In this document: positions 24,620 through 39,145 of the stretch, one piece after another | Layout: every line of letters starts with the position of its first letter | How positions within the stretch are numbered: position 1 is the first letter of the stretch | Assembly (NCBI GenBank): GCA_051294375.1 | Contig: JBJCIZ010000239.1 | Coordinates: 5,069,149 to 5,133,148, forward strand | Direction of reading: 5' to 3' | Length of the DNA stretch: 64,000 nt | DNA from: Paraspadella gotoi | Taxonomy: Eukaryota; Animalia; Chaetognatha | Made by a program: the position numbers and the translations under genes | Notes under the pieces: generated by a model | What the model was told of the DNA's origin: nothing | The model's database searches: none | The model's input: only the letters and a program-made list of their open reading frames with translations

Positions 24620-25297
24620 GAATCACGACTCTGAAACTTTACACTATTTTTAAGCTGAATATCTTCGTCTAATTTTGTTCCTAAGATTTTGAAAAGAAAA
24701 AAAATATGAAAACTGGTCTGCAATTTTTTTTTTTTTTTTTTATAAATCGTAAAATTCTTTTTAATTTAATGGCGAGGCGTATCCGTATGAATACTGCTCT
24801 CTCCGATTAAAGAGACGGACGTTGAAGCACGACTTACAGCAATCCGAAAAAAAAAGTATTGATTATTTCTATTATTGTTGATTATTGATTATTGTTTCAG
24901 TTATTGGATACCTAAAAAAGGCTCGGAAATAAATGCTTACTATGCATTACACCAACGAAGTATATTTAACGAAATACCATGCAATAGAATACGAAATAAT
25001 TGTATTACCTTTATGAAATTCAATGAATGAGAAATTTAAAAAAAAACGTTTCAAAAGTTGTTAAACCCCCGTTATTAGTCAATACATTTCTAAAAACCAG
25101 AAAAACTGTTTTAAATGAATAATCGCTCTAAAAATAAACGAATGTGGGAGGAACCTTAATATATTTGCGGTTGAAATTTTAATTTATTGGCTTCTTGGTT
25201 ATCCGCTGAGGTGGGTCCTCGACAAGAGATAATGTCCTCGGACAATTATTGTTTTTTTTAAAGGGAGTGCTACAGAAAGGGATAGTTCATAAGTAAA

Positions 25298-25420
25298 ATT
25301 GGTTCAACCAATATAAAAATTATCCATTCCTTTAACAATTTAGATGCCCCTGACTTTGGACATGATTTCGTGGTTTAAGGCCTCTATCAGTTTTACAATG
25401 TCCCTGCAAGCTTTCTTTGA
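25298..25420 (-). mobile_element. Interspersed repeat family A copy
   Basis: accaatataaaattatccattc...gcccctgactttggaca matches 11388-11448. Confidence 0.6.
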
Positions 25421-25832
25421 GATTTAATGAGTTCAATGAGATTGGATCTCTCAATCTCATTTACATATTGTAGTTCTGACTTACAATGTTAATATTCTTG
25501 TTTTAAAGTTTTTGATAGTTTTGTTTTTCTGGTTTTTGGTATTTATATATGATTTTAGGTTATATGACTGTTGTTTTACACTATAATTTTTTTTTCCATG
25601 ACAAATATATAATTTTGGAATCCTTTTTTGCCTTACAATTATAATTTTTTGGTACATGGAAAGTTTCCCCAAGTCTTATTTTGAGTCTAAAATAAAAACT
25701 TAAGTTTAGGATTTGTAAAAAGCCGCAGCGAAGAGAAAGAAATGTAAAAAATGCAGCATCGAATCCGCGGCAGCCAACGCTGCAGAGAAGTTGGAGCTTT
25801 TGTTCTTGTGTTTATTATTCAAGGAACACCGG

Positions 25833-25873
<41 letters not shown>

Positions 25874-26073
25874 GTCTCTCTCTTCTCTCCTCCTCTCTGT
25901 TGTCATAACCTAGCTTTGTAATATTAAAATTAATATTAATTTATTAAAAGGATAAGCTACATATAAATATCATTTTCATAATTTCCTTTCTCCCTTCTCC
26001 CTTTTCCTCTGACCATAAACAGACTTTCTTCTTTTGTTACCGGTTTCTCTCTCTCTCTCTCTCTCTCACATCT

Positions 26074-26106
<33 letters not shown>

Positions 26107-26695
26107 TCCTCTCTCTCTCTCTCTCTCTCCCTCTCCTCTTCTCTCCTCTCTTCTCTTTTCTCTTCTCTCTCTTGTGAAGATCATCTTTCTTGTTGTCAAA
26201 TTTTCTCTCTCTTCATTCTCTCTCTCCCTTCTCTCTGGGAGATATTCTCACTCTCTTACCGTTTCAAGAAAAAAAAGCCTCTCTCTATATCAAGTTACAT
26301 TCCAGTTCTCATTCTTCTCTCTCCTCTCTCTCTCTTCTCTCTCTCTCTCTCTCTCCTCTCTGATGCTTTGCTTTTCTCTGTTTTTTCGTACACAATAGTC
26401 TGTTATGAGAGCGAACGAGATCCTTGTGTCTGTCTGTCTGTCGAAAGTCATCGTCGTTATTTTCTTTTCACCCCAAAAACATCACTCAAAAATTAAAAGA
26501 TCCCGCTGCAATCATAACAACAAAAACAAACAACAATAATAAGAAACAACAACAAACAAACTACTGTACCCAAAAATGTTTCAACGGCTACGCGATAAAT
26601 ATATTAATAGTATCAATTAAAAATGTAATCTATAAAAATAATAATAATAATAAAAATAATAATAAAAAAAAAAATAATAAATAATAATAATAATA

Positions 26696-26744
<49 letters not shown>

Positions 26745-27114
26745 TAATAGAATACTGAGAATAATACTGTTGATAATAATTACTATTCCTAAATCGTAAT
26801 AGTAAATATCAATTTACCCTTTGTCTCCACTTTTTAGGATGTGAATTTCCTTTCTCCTTCTCTATCCTTTTTTAAAATTCTTTTTTTTTTTCTCCGTTTG
26901 CTCTTTTTTTTTTCTCTTTCTTCTCTCTCTTCAACTACGCACGCGCAACTTACCTCCCCCACCCCTCCGCGCCCTCTCGTGCCACGTATTCCCACCTGCC
27001 GCGCGCAACTAGCCCCCCTGGTCTCTCCCTCTTTCTCGTCACACGAAAACCAAAGGCGACTTTCGCCTGACCTTTTTGTTTACATACTCTCTCTCTCTCT
27101 CTCTCTCGTCTCTC

Positions 27115-27147
<33 letters not shown>

Positions 27148-27268
27148 TATCTCTCTCTCCTCTCTCTCTCTCTCTCTCTACCTTATTTACCTTAGTCGTC
27201 GTTGTCCGTTGTTATCCCTCGTTCTCTGCCATGTCACATCGTCGTCACGGGCAAGGTTTTCTTATTCT

Positions 27269-27351
<83 letters not shown>

Positions 27352-27728
27352 AGAAACTTACTTTTTTCCCAAACTTCCAATATCACTTCCGTTAACTATT
27401 AAAAAGATGAAGCCTACTTCCAATGAATCATTAAAAAGAAATTAAAAATTAGGTAATTATTAATTATTAATTTGTCTTTCTCTCTCTCTCTCCTTTCCTT
27501 TGTCTCTCTTTATAACCGCCTCAGATTCGGCACGCGAGTCCACGCGTAGTCTCTCTTCCGGTTCTTCTGCCTTTTGTTTTCTTTTGCTGTCCTTTTGTTT
27601 TCTTTTGTTTCGTTTATCTTTTGTTTTTCTTTCCTCGTTAATATCCCTTTCGACCTTTGGTTGGGCTATTTTAAAAAAAAAGTGAGTCACTTCAAACAGA
27701 CGTTAAGGTTTTTATTAAATTTTTATAT

Positions 27729-27741
27729 ATTATTATTATTA

Positions 27742-27824
<83 letters not shown>

Positions 27825-27864
27825 ATTATTTCTAATTATTATTATTTATTATTATTATTATTAA

Positions 27865-27954
<90 letters not shown>

Positions 27955-27978
27955 TGTTGTTGTTGTTGTTGTTGTTAT
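27729..27978. repeat. (TTA)n/(TTG)n microsatellite
   Basis: Directly visible. Confidence 0.95.
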
Positions 27979-28527
27979 TTCAGTGATTTATATATTTTAA
28001 CAGCTACTTTCTTTTCAGGCGATGACAAGAGTAAATAGCAAAAATACAATTTGCATATTGCAGTGTTTAGTAAATATTACTTTTTGAAAAAATATTTTAA
28101 CAAAAACACTTCGAAAAATGATTGTAAAAAGAAAAGCAGTTTTGTCAGAAAAACTTTATATTTCATATTTTATTTAACTTACTTTTTCAAAAGTAAATAC
28201 TTAATGTTGTTATATTAGTTAAATTTTTATTGGTTTTAGGAAAGAAATGCACCACTATATAAGTTTGTTATCGGAATTTCAGTTCCACCCATTTCCGGCG
28301 AAGACGAGGGACGTCTTCACTCAGTATGATATTTGAGAGGTTCTTTTCGCTAGAACCAACCATTGGATTACCAATCATTTTATCATGACTTGTTATTCTA
28401 AAGAGATTTATTCTATTAGTTGAATTNNNNNNNNNNNNNNNNNNNNNNNNNNNNNNNNNNNNNNNNNNNNNNNNNNNNNNNNNNNNNNNNNNNNNNNNNN
28501 NNNNNNNNNNNNNNNNNNNNNNNNNNT

Positions 28528-29054
28528 AAGAAGAAGAAGGAAGAGAAGAAGTTCCTCCCTTCCTCCTCCTCCACTCCTACTGCGCTACAACAACAACAAC
28601 AACAACAACTACAAAACCACCAGATGCAGCAGCAAACGCAGCAACGGACGACGTTTTCCCCGTCCCCGCAGCAGCAGCAACAGCAAATTCCATTTCCTCA
28701 GCAGCAACCGCATCAAAGACGAACGGAGGTTTTCGGATTACCACATCAATCTCCCCAGCACCATCAAATCGAGCCGCATCAGTTTCAACAACAACAACAA
28801 CAGCAACAGCAAAGCTTCGTTCCCGATGGACATAGACTACAGCACCAGCTTCCTCTTTCGCCTTACCAACAACATCAGCCGACTCAACATCGACTTACCC
28901 ACTTGGCTCCGCAGCAGCTCCAGCCGCTCCAACAGCTCCAGCAGCTCCAGCACCGTCACGCCCTGGGTCGACGGGAGGGCGAGACCTTTCCCTCCCCTTT
29001 TGCCGACCTGCTGGCGGCGGCCCCGCCTCCGGTGCCCCCTTGCCTCACCCGCGG
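28528..29054 (+). CDS. Gln/Pro/His-rich coding exon (partial, both ends in N gaps)
   Basis: About 175 stop-free codons between two gaps. Poly-Q is encoded by mixed CAA/CAG codons, and the GC content is far above the flanks. Confidence 0.7.
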
Positions 29055-29522
29055 NNNNNNNNNNNNNNNNNNNNNNNNNNNNNNNNNNNNNNNNNNNNNN
29101 NNNNNNNNNNNNNNNNNNNNNNNNNNNNNNNNNNNNNNNNNNNNNNNNNNNNNNNNNNNNNNNNNNNNNNNNNNNNNNNNNNNNNNNNNNNNNNNNNNNN
29201 NNNNNNNNNNNNNNNNNNNNNNNNNNNNNNNNNNNNNNNNNNNNNNNNNNNNNNNNNNNNNNNNNNNNNNNNNNNNNNNNNNNNNNNNNNNNNNNNNNNG
29301 AGAGAGAGAGAGAGAAATACGAAAGGAGATAGAGAAAGACAAAGTCTAATAGACAGTCTTAGAGACAGACATTCAGATTAAAGACAAAAAGACATTCAGA
29401 TAAACCAATAGACGGACAGACAGACGAAAGAGATGCTCTGTTGTTTTTGTTTTTTTTCTTTTTTTGTTGAATATTTTTTTTTTCTTCCATTTGTCTTATT
29501 TTTCATCTTTTGCCTCTGACAG

Positions 29523-29650
29523 TCGGCTGCGTCGGACCGCGACACTGGGTTCGGGGCGGCGTCGTGCTGCGACGCTGCGTCGGGCATCGTCCGGCGGCGT
29601 CCGCAGTCGATTTATCTCTTTTTTCATATGAATCGTACAATCGGTTTTAA
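29523..29650 (+). CDS. Possible terminal exon downstream of the Q-rich exon; frame undetermined
   Basis: Long pyrimidine tract and ctgacag acceptor, then a GC-rich block open in all three frames for about 35-43 codons. Confidence 0.35.
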
Positions 29651-30217
29651 ATAATAAGTTTGTGTATTTATAAACGTTAACTTGATAACGTTAACTTAAT
29701 AATAAGTTTGTTTATTTATAAACGTTAACTTTCTTTATCGGTAATATGTCTGGAAATTAGAATATATATACATACATATATATATATATACATAAAAAAA
29801 AGAAAAACGGTCATAAAACTAAAATTGTAAATAGAGTTTGAAGTAAGATTATGTATAAAACATCCTCGACAACCATATAAATACGAACTAAAACTATCAA
29901 AAAACAAAAAAAACAACAACAATGCCAGACAAAAAACAAATGATACCTTNNNNNNNNNNNNNNNNNNNNNNNNNNNNNNNGTGGGGCCGGGCCTTCATTA
30001 ATTACTATGATTTATTAAGTAATTAATTAATTCATTAATCTAATCAATTAATTTGATAATTGATAAGTTACTTAATCATCTCGTAAGCTTCTTACAGTTA
30101 CCGATGAATGATTTATAAATTTAATTAATAATAAAATTAATTAATTTATGATTCGTCAAGAGAGAAGAAAAGGGAGAAAAGTAACTCGTTCTATCTATTA
30201 TAATTATTTTCGGTACT

Positions 30218-30219
30218 GA

Positions 30220-30303
<84 letters not shown>

Positions 30304-30307
30304 AAAA

Positions 30308-30366
<59 letters not shown>
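30218..30366. repeat. (GAAA)n microsatellite
   Basis: Directly visible. Confidence 0.95.
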
Positions 30367-30369
<3 letters not shown>

Positions 30370-30703
30370 ACAGGCAAGCAACAAGGTTCCAGCCAACAAA
30401 AAGATCCCGACTTAAGAGAGGAAAAAAAATGTGTCGCGGGTCAAAATTGAAACGAAGATTGATTTGGATTTTTAGATTTGGATTTTTAGATCTACTCCCT
30501 TTTGTAAAATCTGGAGCACTTTGGTTAACTTTGGTTAGTTTGGTTAACTTTGGTTAACTTTAAGTTTTTAATCGGAAATTAGTATAAATTGGTTTTTTTG
30601 AAAGATAGAAAGATAAAAAGATAGAAAGATAGAAAGACAGAAAGAATCTCCGATTGAGGGCGTGGAATAAAAATTCCAAGAGCGAAACCGAAAGGCAAAC
30701 GAA

Positions 30704-30740
<37 letters not shown>

Positions 30741-32170
30741 NNNNNNNNNNNNNNNNNNNNNNNNNNNNNNNNNNNNNNNNNNNNNNNNNNNNNNNNNNNN
30801 NNNNNNNNNNNNNNNNNNNNNNNNNNNNNNNNNNNNNNNNNNNNNNNNNNNNNNNNNNNNNNNNNNNNNNNNNNNNNNNNNNNNNNNNNNNNNNNNNNNN
30901 NNNNNNNNNNNNNNNNNNNNNNNNNNNNNNNNNNNNNNNNNNNNNNNNNNNNNNNNNNNNNNNNNNNNNNNNNNNNNNNNNNNNNNNNNNNNNNNNNNNN
31001 NNNNNNNNNNNNNNNNNNNNNNNNNNNNNNNNNNNNNNNNNNNNNNNNNNNNNNNNNNNNNNNNNNNNNNNNNNATAGGGCGAGTAGAAGAAGCAACGAA
31101 TGAATCAAAGTCACGAAATAAAATGAATAGAAAACTAAAGAAATGGAAAATAGCAATGGAGGATTCGGAATATAAAATAAGAAGGTAAGAAAATGAGAAA
31201 ATTAGAAAATAAGAAAATAGAAAAAAATCTAAAAGAGAAAAGTACATACACGCGCGGTCTTTTCATTAGTTTCACTCAATACGCAAAAATATCATTTACA
31301 TAATGCAGTAATCGATGGAAAATTATCAGTTGTGGTTCAAACGAACGAAGGCGCTATGAAAAAGGGCGTGATCGACTCCTTTTTGAAATACTAACTGGCT
31401 GTTGTTCCTGATACTGTTGGTCAAGTGTTTTTGCTTTTGTTTTCTAGTTTCTTTTGTTGTTTTTTTGGATTAATATATAATAATATCGCAAGACAAAACA
31501 TTGAAATTAAACAATAAAAAGACTACCCTCTTACAAAATGGATTTTGTTAAACAAATTTTTTTAGCTTTAAACGTTTTTAAAAGTTTATTTTGAATTTGT
31601 TACTGAACTTTGCTTTTCCAGTATTAATGAAGTAGTTTTTAACATTTAAAAAAAATACAATGTTACGATGTTATGTAAATATGCACAAAACTATTGAGAT
31701 TGTGACAAAACTATTATAAATGGTGCACATTTACTATCTCATAACATATAACGAATTCCGGAAAAAAAATGACTTCTGTTTCTGATTAAATTAGTAATCT
31801 AGAATAAAGTGAAATTCTTGACCATTTAAAATTTGTAATAAAAGTATACTCAAACGATTCAAAACCACTTTTGTTTAATAAGTTAAAGCAACCGATCCAA
31901 TTTATGATTTAATAGTGAAATGCTTTCCTTAAAACTCTCAACGATTTATAGCAATAATTGGACTAAGATATTGTTTTTTGTTTTGTTTATGCGGCGCTCA
32001 ATTGTATTCTTTTATATTCTTCCTTCTCCTCCTCCTCTTCCTCCTCCCCCTCTTCCTTTTCCTCTTCTTCTCTCATCATCACTTCCTCCCTTTAGATTCC
32101 ATTATCATTTATTACTTCCTTCTCTCTCTCTCTCACTCTCCGTTCGTCACTTGATAAAATTATCATTTAT

Positions 32171-32275
<105 letters not shown>

Positions 32276-33498
32276 CTCTTTGAGGATTTTAAAGATTTGA
32301 AATTTTTTTTCAAATGAATCTTTTTCGGAGGCAAAGGTTAAAGATACAAACGTTTTAGGTTTATATTAATTTTGACACTTTATCAATTTAGTTTCTTTTT
32401 TTGGGGGGAATGAATTAATATGAAGCCAAATAAATGGGCGGTTTTATTCGAAGTTGTATTTAATAGAAAAATCTTTAACTAAAATTGTACAACGCCACAA
32501 AGTTTAAAAAAAGGGGATATAAATAAAAATAAAGAATTATGATTTGTTCTTATGTAATGAAAAAAGGGGATTCCATACCAAGGTATTTTCCAAATAATAA
32601 ATATTAAAAATAAATAAAGAAATACAATAAACAAGCACCGAATTGTCAATTTAGCTTAGAAGATAAATGTACCTAAAAGAAAAGCTTAACATTGAGATGA
32701 AAAAAAAATATAAATAAACGAAGAAAAAAGAGTAAATTCTTTTAAAGGTTAAATACTTTTCTGTGGAAAAAAAGAAAGAAAATTCCGTGACATCTCTGAT
32801 CTTAGTCTCTCTCTCTCTCTCTCTCTCTCTNNNNNNNNNNNNNNNNNNNNNNNNNNNNNNNNNNNNNNNNNNNNNNNNNNNNNNNNNNNNNNNNNNNNNN
32901 NNNNNNNNNNNNNNNNNNNNNNNNNNNNNNNNNNNNNNNNNNNNNNNNNNNNNNNNNNNNNNNNNNNNNNNNNNNNNNNNNNNNNNNNNNNNNNNNNNNN
33001 NNNNNNNNNNNNNNNNNNNNNNNNNNNNNNNNNNNNNNNNNNNNNNNNNNNNNNNNNNNNNNNGTCGTCGTCGTCGTCGTTGTCGTCGTCGTTTTGATAT
33101 TTCCACGGTTACGGATCTTCGTTTTTTATTTTGTTTTATCTTTGAGGTTTATTTTGATTTTTTGTATAGTTTTAAACTTGTACCAGGATTATTTTAATTT
33201 TCTTTAAAGGTTTAATATTGTCTATTTTTTTTTNNNNNNNNNNNNNNNNNNNNNNNNNNNNNNNNNNNNNNNNNNNNNNNNNNNNNNNNNNNNNNNNNNN
33301 NNNNNNNNNNNNNNNNNNNNNNAGAGAGAGGAGAGAGGGAGAGAGAGACGAAGAGATGAGAGAGATAGAGATTTCTGAGAGAGAGAGAAGACTGTCGCGA
33401 GAGAGGATGAGAGAGAGAGAGAGAGTGACCCGAGTGTTTTCTTATGAGCTGTGGTTTTGGCTATACGTGAAAAAAAGTTATTTTTCTTTTATGATAAC

Positions 33499-33830
33499 TT
33501 GATGACATGATGATAACAAAATGACTTAATGCTAACTAAATGACATAATGATAACTAAATTATACAATTATACCTAAATGACGTGATGATAACTAAGTGA
33601 CATGATGATAACAAAATGACTTAATGTTAACTAAATGACATGATGATAACTAAGTGACATGATGCTAACTAAATGACATCATGATAACTAAATGACATCA
33701 TGATATCTAAATTACATGATGATAACCAAGTGACGTCATGATAACTAAATGACATGATTATAACTACATGTCATAATAAAAACTAAATGACATAAAGATA
33801 ACTATATGACATAATGATAACTGAATGACA
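33499..33830. repeat. 19-bp minisatellite (gatgataactaaatgacat)
   Basis: About 17 tandem units. Confidence 0.9.
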
Positions 33831-35251
33831 AAAGGTAAGAATTAAATAAAAAACTCACTAATTTAATTCTTCTGTTATTAACATCCACGGGACCACGCCT
33901 TTCTCCTGTCACGGATTTTGTCAAACAATTTATAGACTTTCATATCGATGACGTCCCTTCGTCCCTTTGTCTGTCCATACATCATGTATGATGTATGATG
34001 TATGATACAATAACTCATGTGTTCGTTGTCAAGAATCAACCTGACGAAAAGAAAGGGTACGAATCAATGACAAAGTTATGACACGCTCTGCCCCGAAAAA
34101 ATACGAAATTGACAAAGGGGTTTAGTTAGAGATTAAAGTTAGGGTTTAGTTAAATATGTAGTTTAGTTTTAATCTAGAAATTAGGATTGGGGATCGCGTA
34201 GAGTATTTATAGTAAAGAGATTAAATACTCGGGTTAAAATTAAGTTCATGGATTAAAAACAGAAATTGGGCGTTGTCGGAAAAAAAGCGCCGTTTAAGCG
34301 TTTCAGTAATTTTGAAGACAGGTTTATAAATATTTTTATCAAAGAACCTGGAGAATTAATCATTGTAAATATGTTTTGAATTAGTAACTAAGATGATTTC
34401 CCGACGGATTTCTGAAGGTGTGTTCTCATGTTTGCTTGCATAACCCTGTGTCTAAAACTCAATTGGATCGAGAGAGAGGAGAGAGAGGAGGAGATGAAGT
34501 ATGCGGAGACGATCGAGAGCTTGAAGACGGGAGCAAAGACTCGACGGAGGCAAGACATGAGAGAGAGCAGATACGCTCACCCTGGTCCTAGATAGAGGAG
34601 TGAGAGAGGATGAGAAACTGAGAGAAGATGAGCATGAGAGATGAAGAGACTTGTCATTTTTTTTTCGTTCTGTCCGAGAGTTTACAATTTATTTTCGTCT
34701 CCGCCAGCTCGGCCACACGAAATTCAGGCAAAACGACTATTCATTTTTGGAGTAACACCCATAGAATAGAGACCAAAGTGGAGAGCCGAGAGAGAGAGGA
34801 GAGAGAGGAGAGAAGGAGAGAGAGACCGAGAGAGAGGAAGAAGGAGAGACGGAGAGGAGAGAGAGACGCGGATAGGAGAAGAAGAGAGGGAGATCATAGA
34901 GACGAGAGAGAGAGAGAAGAGAGAGAGGAGAGAGAGAGGTGAAACGGAGGATGAGAGAGATGAAGAGAAGAGAGGAGAGGGAGAGAGAGAGAGAGGAGAA
35001 AAGGAGAGACCTGTAGATGAGAGAGAGAGAGATTGACCGAGATAAACAATGACCCAAACGGAATTTTGAGCTAATCATTTCCCAGTCGAGAATAAGAGTG
35101 AATCAATCAAACACTTTCGTTTGCAAAAGAAATCAAATTTATTTCCTCGGTTCGCATATTTCATCTCCTACGTTCGCATAAGTCATCTGTTCGCACGATA
35201 TGCGTCTTGAGAGATTTCGAGTCAGGTGACGCAAAAGAAAGGAGAGCCATG

Positions 35252-35443
35252 TTTTCAAATAGCGCCCCATTTCAGGTTAAATTTTTTAAAAAAGTGAGTT
35301 TTTTTTTGGTTTAAAGATTAGATTAGAAATTAGAGAAAGGAATCAGGTTTAGGGTTGGGATATTTGAGGTCGGATTAAAATAAAATATTAGGGTAAAAAT
35401 TAAATCCAAGGATTAAGAACAGAAATGGGGAGCTGTTGGAAAA
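35252..35443. mobile_element. MITE (~190 bp) with 22-bp TIRs and degenerate TTAGG(G)-like interior
   Basis: ttttcaaatagcgccccatttc (35252-35273) versus gaaatggggagctgttggaaaa (35422-35443): 19/22 complementary. Related ends at about 7026, 34262, 45302, 50386 and 63558. Confidence 0.65.
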
Positions 35444-35946
35444 TAGTATCGAAAAAGAGGAACCTGATGTCATTTTGTTTCGGACTAAACGACGATTTAC
35501 GATTTTATTTCGTTCGTGGATTCGAACGCTTGACTTTTGGGGACGAAGATTCTCGCCCGGGCCACGCCAGGTGTTAATTAATTATTCGGCAAAATATAAA
35601 TAGTATTTTGTAAACATATATAGTCTAAGGGGAAGTTAACTACGAAATAGAATCAAATAGATTAACGTTCAAAGAAAGCGATTTTGATTCAACACAAGTT
35701 ATCTTCATCGATTTCTAGTCTAAATTGATTGGAAAGTTTTGCGTAACTTGTCTTTCAGTACTAAACTATAATTTATTGGGCTGTAAACACATCAAATGAA
35801 TTGCGAATTGATTATAGTGAATGTTGATTTTAATAAGTGGTTTAGTAAATGTTAGAAAACTTTTACTGACATCAATACATCAATAACCATTGTTTCGAGA
35901 GATCTTAAGGCAAAAAGCGTTTTTGATTTGACTAACAATGAATAAT

Positions 35947-36072
<126 letters not shown>

Positions 36073-37380
36073 CGACTCATCTTGTCATTTGGATTAAAAG
36101 AGATTAATTAGCTCTCAATTGTTAAAAAAAACAATTGAACAATAAAATAAATAAAATTTAATATTCAGACATGCCTGCTCTTGTAAAATAAAATTCGTTG
36201 CAAAAATAAAATCAAACTTTGTTAATCTCTCAAACAACGAAAAAGAAAGGATAATTAGCATGTATACCTATCCTAATCAATATTCGATAGAAATCTATAC
36301 TAAATTTAAAAAAGTTCAGTTGAATAATGAAAACTTCTTCTTAGCTTCAGAAGGGTCACGAATACATTTAGCAATATTCAAAAATCAGTCCAATTATTCA
36401 AGATTACAATAAATGTATGAAATCACGTGATGCAAAAAAATCAGTGAAACAACGAATATTTTTTTCTATTTGCCTCAGAAGCGTCTTTCGTACATTCATC
36501 AAAATTATTTTCGTATTGAATACTTTAAACGTTGGTGAAGTCTAGTGGAGGTAAGTGGGTCGGTCGGTCTGACCTTCGATCTGTCAGTCTGTCAGTCAGT
36601 CCGTCGATGTCCAGTCATCATTTTCCTTCTGATTTGTGGGGAATCGTCTTTGTCTTAGCCCTTTGTTTGGCCAAGTTGCGTCNNNNNNNNNNNNNNNNNN
36701 NNNNNNNNNNNNNNNNNNNNNNNNNNNNNNNNNNNNNNNNNNNNNNNNNNNNNNNNNNNNNNNNNNNNNNNNNNNNNNNNNNNNNNNNNNNNNNNNNNNN
36801 NNNNNNNNNNNNNNNNNNNNNNNNNNNNNNNNNNNNNNNNNNNNNNNNNNNNNNNNNNNNNNNNNNNNNNNNNNNNNNNNNNNNNNNNNNNNNNNNNNNN
36901 NNNNNNNNNNNNNNNNNNNNNNNNNNNNNNNNNNNNNNNNNNNNNNNNNNNNNNNNNNNNNNNNNNNNNNNNNNNNNNNNNNNNNNNNNNNNNNNNNNNN
37001 NNNNNNNNNNNNNCGTCGTCGTCGTCGTCGTCGTCGTTTTCCTCACTCAATTGTAGTCCCAATTGTAAAATAAATCCTTCTCTCTCAAAGTTGGCGTCGA
37101 CTGCAACGATGACGATGACGAAGATGATGACGACGATAACGAAGATGATGACAATGACGCCGCAGACGATGACGAGGATGACGATAATGACAATGATTAA
37201 CTCGAAGATGATGAAACCGATGATAATGACGGTGACAACGACGATGTCGACGATGACAAAGATAATGAAAATTATAAATATAATTATAAATGACATATTG
37301 AGGAAAATCACAACCTTATTCATACGACGCTATTCGCATTTTTTTGTTGTGTCAATGAAAACAACCTTATTTGGCAATTA

Positions 37381-37415
<35 letters not shown>

Positions 37416-37644
37416 NNNNNNNNNNNNNNNNNNNNNNNNNNNNNNNNNNNNNNNNNNNNNNNNNNNNNNNNNNNNNNNNNNNNNNNNNNNNNNNNNNNNN
37501 NNNNNNNNNNNNNNNNNNNNNNNNNNNNNNNNNNNNNNNNNNNNNNNNNNNNNNNNNNNNNNNNNNNNNNNNNNNNNNNNNNNNNNNNNNNNNNNNNNNN
37601 NNNNNNNNNNNNNNNNNNNNNNNNNNNNNNNNNNNNNNNNNNNN

Positions 37645-37681
<37 letters not shown>

Positions 37682-37879
37682 CCTCCATCGACTCATCCGC
37701 GAAGATCACAACTAAAGATATTTTTCCTGACACAAACGATCCTTTCTTCTTAGACTTTGATGTTCGCCGACGCTCTGACATAAATATCATAGAGTCACGT
37801 ATCATATCTTTAATGATATTTAATTTGGAAAATAACATAAACGGAAAAAAAACTGTGCAAAAGAAGGTAATAAGAAGAA

Positions 37880-38050
37880 TCTGAAAATCTGAAAAATTGA
37901 AAATCTTAAAATCTTAATATCATAAAATCATAAAATCATATAGTTCTAAAATTCTAAAATTCTAAAATTCTAAAATTCTAAAATTCCAAAATTCCAAAAT
38001 TTTCAAATAATAAAATCATGAAATCATAAAATCATAAAATCTTAAAATCT
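37880..38050. repeat. 8-bp tandem repeat (taaaatca/taaaattc)
   Basis: Directly visible periodicity. Confidence 0.85.
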
Positions 38051-38771
38051 TCAATTTTTAAACTCTACAAGCCTTTTTAAATTAATATTTAACTTTTATT
38101 TTTCCTCTGAACATTTCCATTCTTCCTCGTTCTCTTTTCCTTTCTCTTTTACATCAACTGCCTACAAACACCGAATCTCCATGAATCTGCCACAAATCTC
38201 TCTTCACGCGAAAAACTTTTATTTTCGTCTCATGCTCGTCGCTTTTATACACGTTAAATAAAATTACCCAAATAAAATGATTTAAGCCCAAAAAATTTTA
38301 AAACGAACCCCCCAAAATGCTTTAGCCAACATTTTTTTTTTCATTTCTGACTAAACTTTTTTCGCCCGACAGGTCGGGGGTCGCGAAATGATTTTAAAAC
38401 GGACAAGGCGATTTTTCGGGGGTCGCGAGAGAGAATTTAGGGTAGTTGTTGTAAAGACTGGGTATAAAATAAAAGGTCTTGGGGAAAAGGTTGATACATA
38501 GCTTTAATTGTAATTTGTGTTGCATTTTGATAAAGCTGTCTTTGATTTGGTAAACTTTTAGTCTGATTTGTTAAAATGTTAAATTAATTTTTCAAATTTT
38601 TTTAATTTGTTTATTTCTTTATTTCTTTCTTTCTTTCTTTCTTTCTTTCTCTCTTTCTCTCTTTCTTTCTTTTTTTTCTTTCAGACCTTTAGGCGATCTT
38701 TTCAAATGCCGGTTGCCATAAAAGGTGATAAAACATCTTTTGTTTGATTTTCTGCCCATGACGACGACGAC

Positions 38772-38832
<61 letters not shown>

Positions 38833-39108
38833 CAGCATACAAAATATTACAGGCTAAGGGGTTTTGACCAAAAAAAAATTAGGGCGCGTGTCTCAAGTCG
38901 GAGGATGAGTCAGGCCAAATCCTATGAGCTCGGGAAGAGCAAATTTAATTGAGGGGAAGAGCGGAATGAGCTGGGTCAAGGGGAGGAGGAAGAGCGGAGA
39001 GATGAGGAGGAGGGATGGAGGGAAGGAGGGACGGAAGTAGAGAAAATGTGTCACAGATTTATGGACTCGTTTCATTGAAGACTATGAATGAGAGTAGAGA
39101 GAGAGAGC

Positions 39109-39145
<37 letters not shown>

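Noticed and set aside
33499-33830. CRISPR-like array (also 51560-51872)
   Set aside because: Contiguous tandem units with no unique spacers, in a eukaryotic context with no cas genes.
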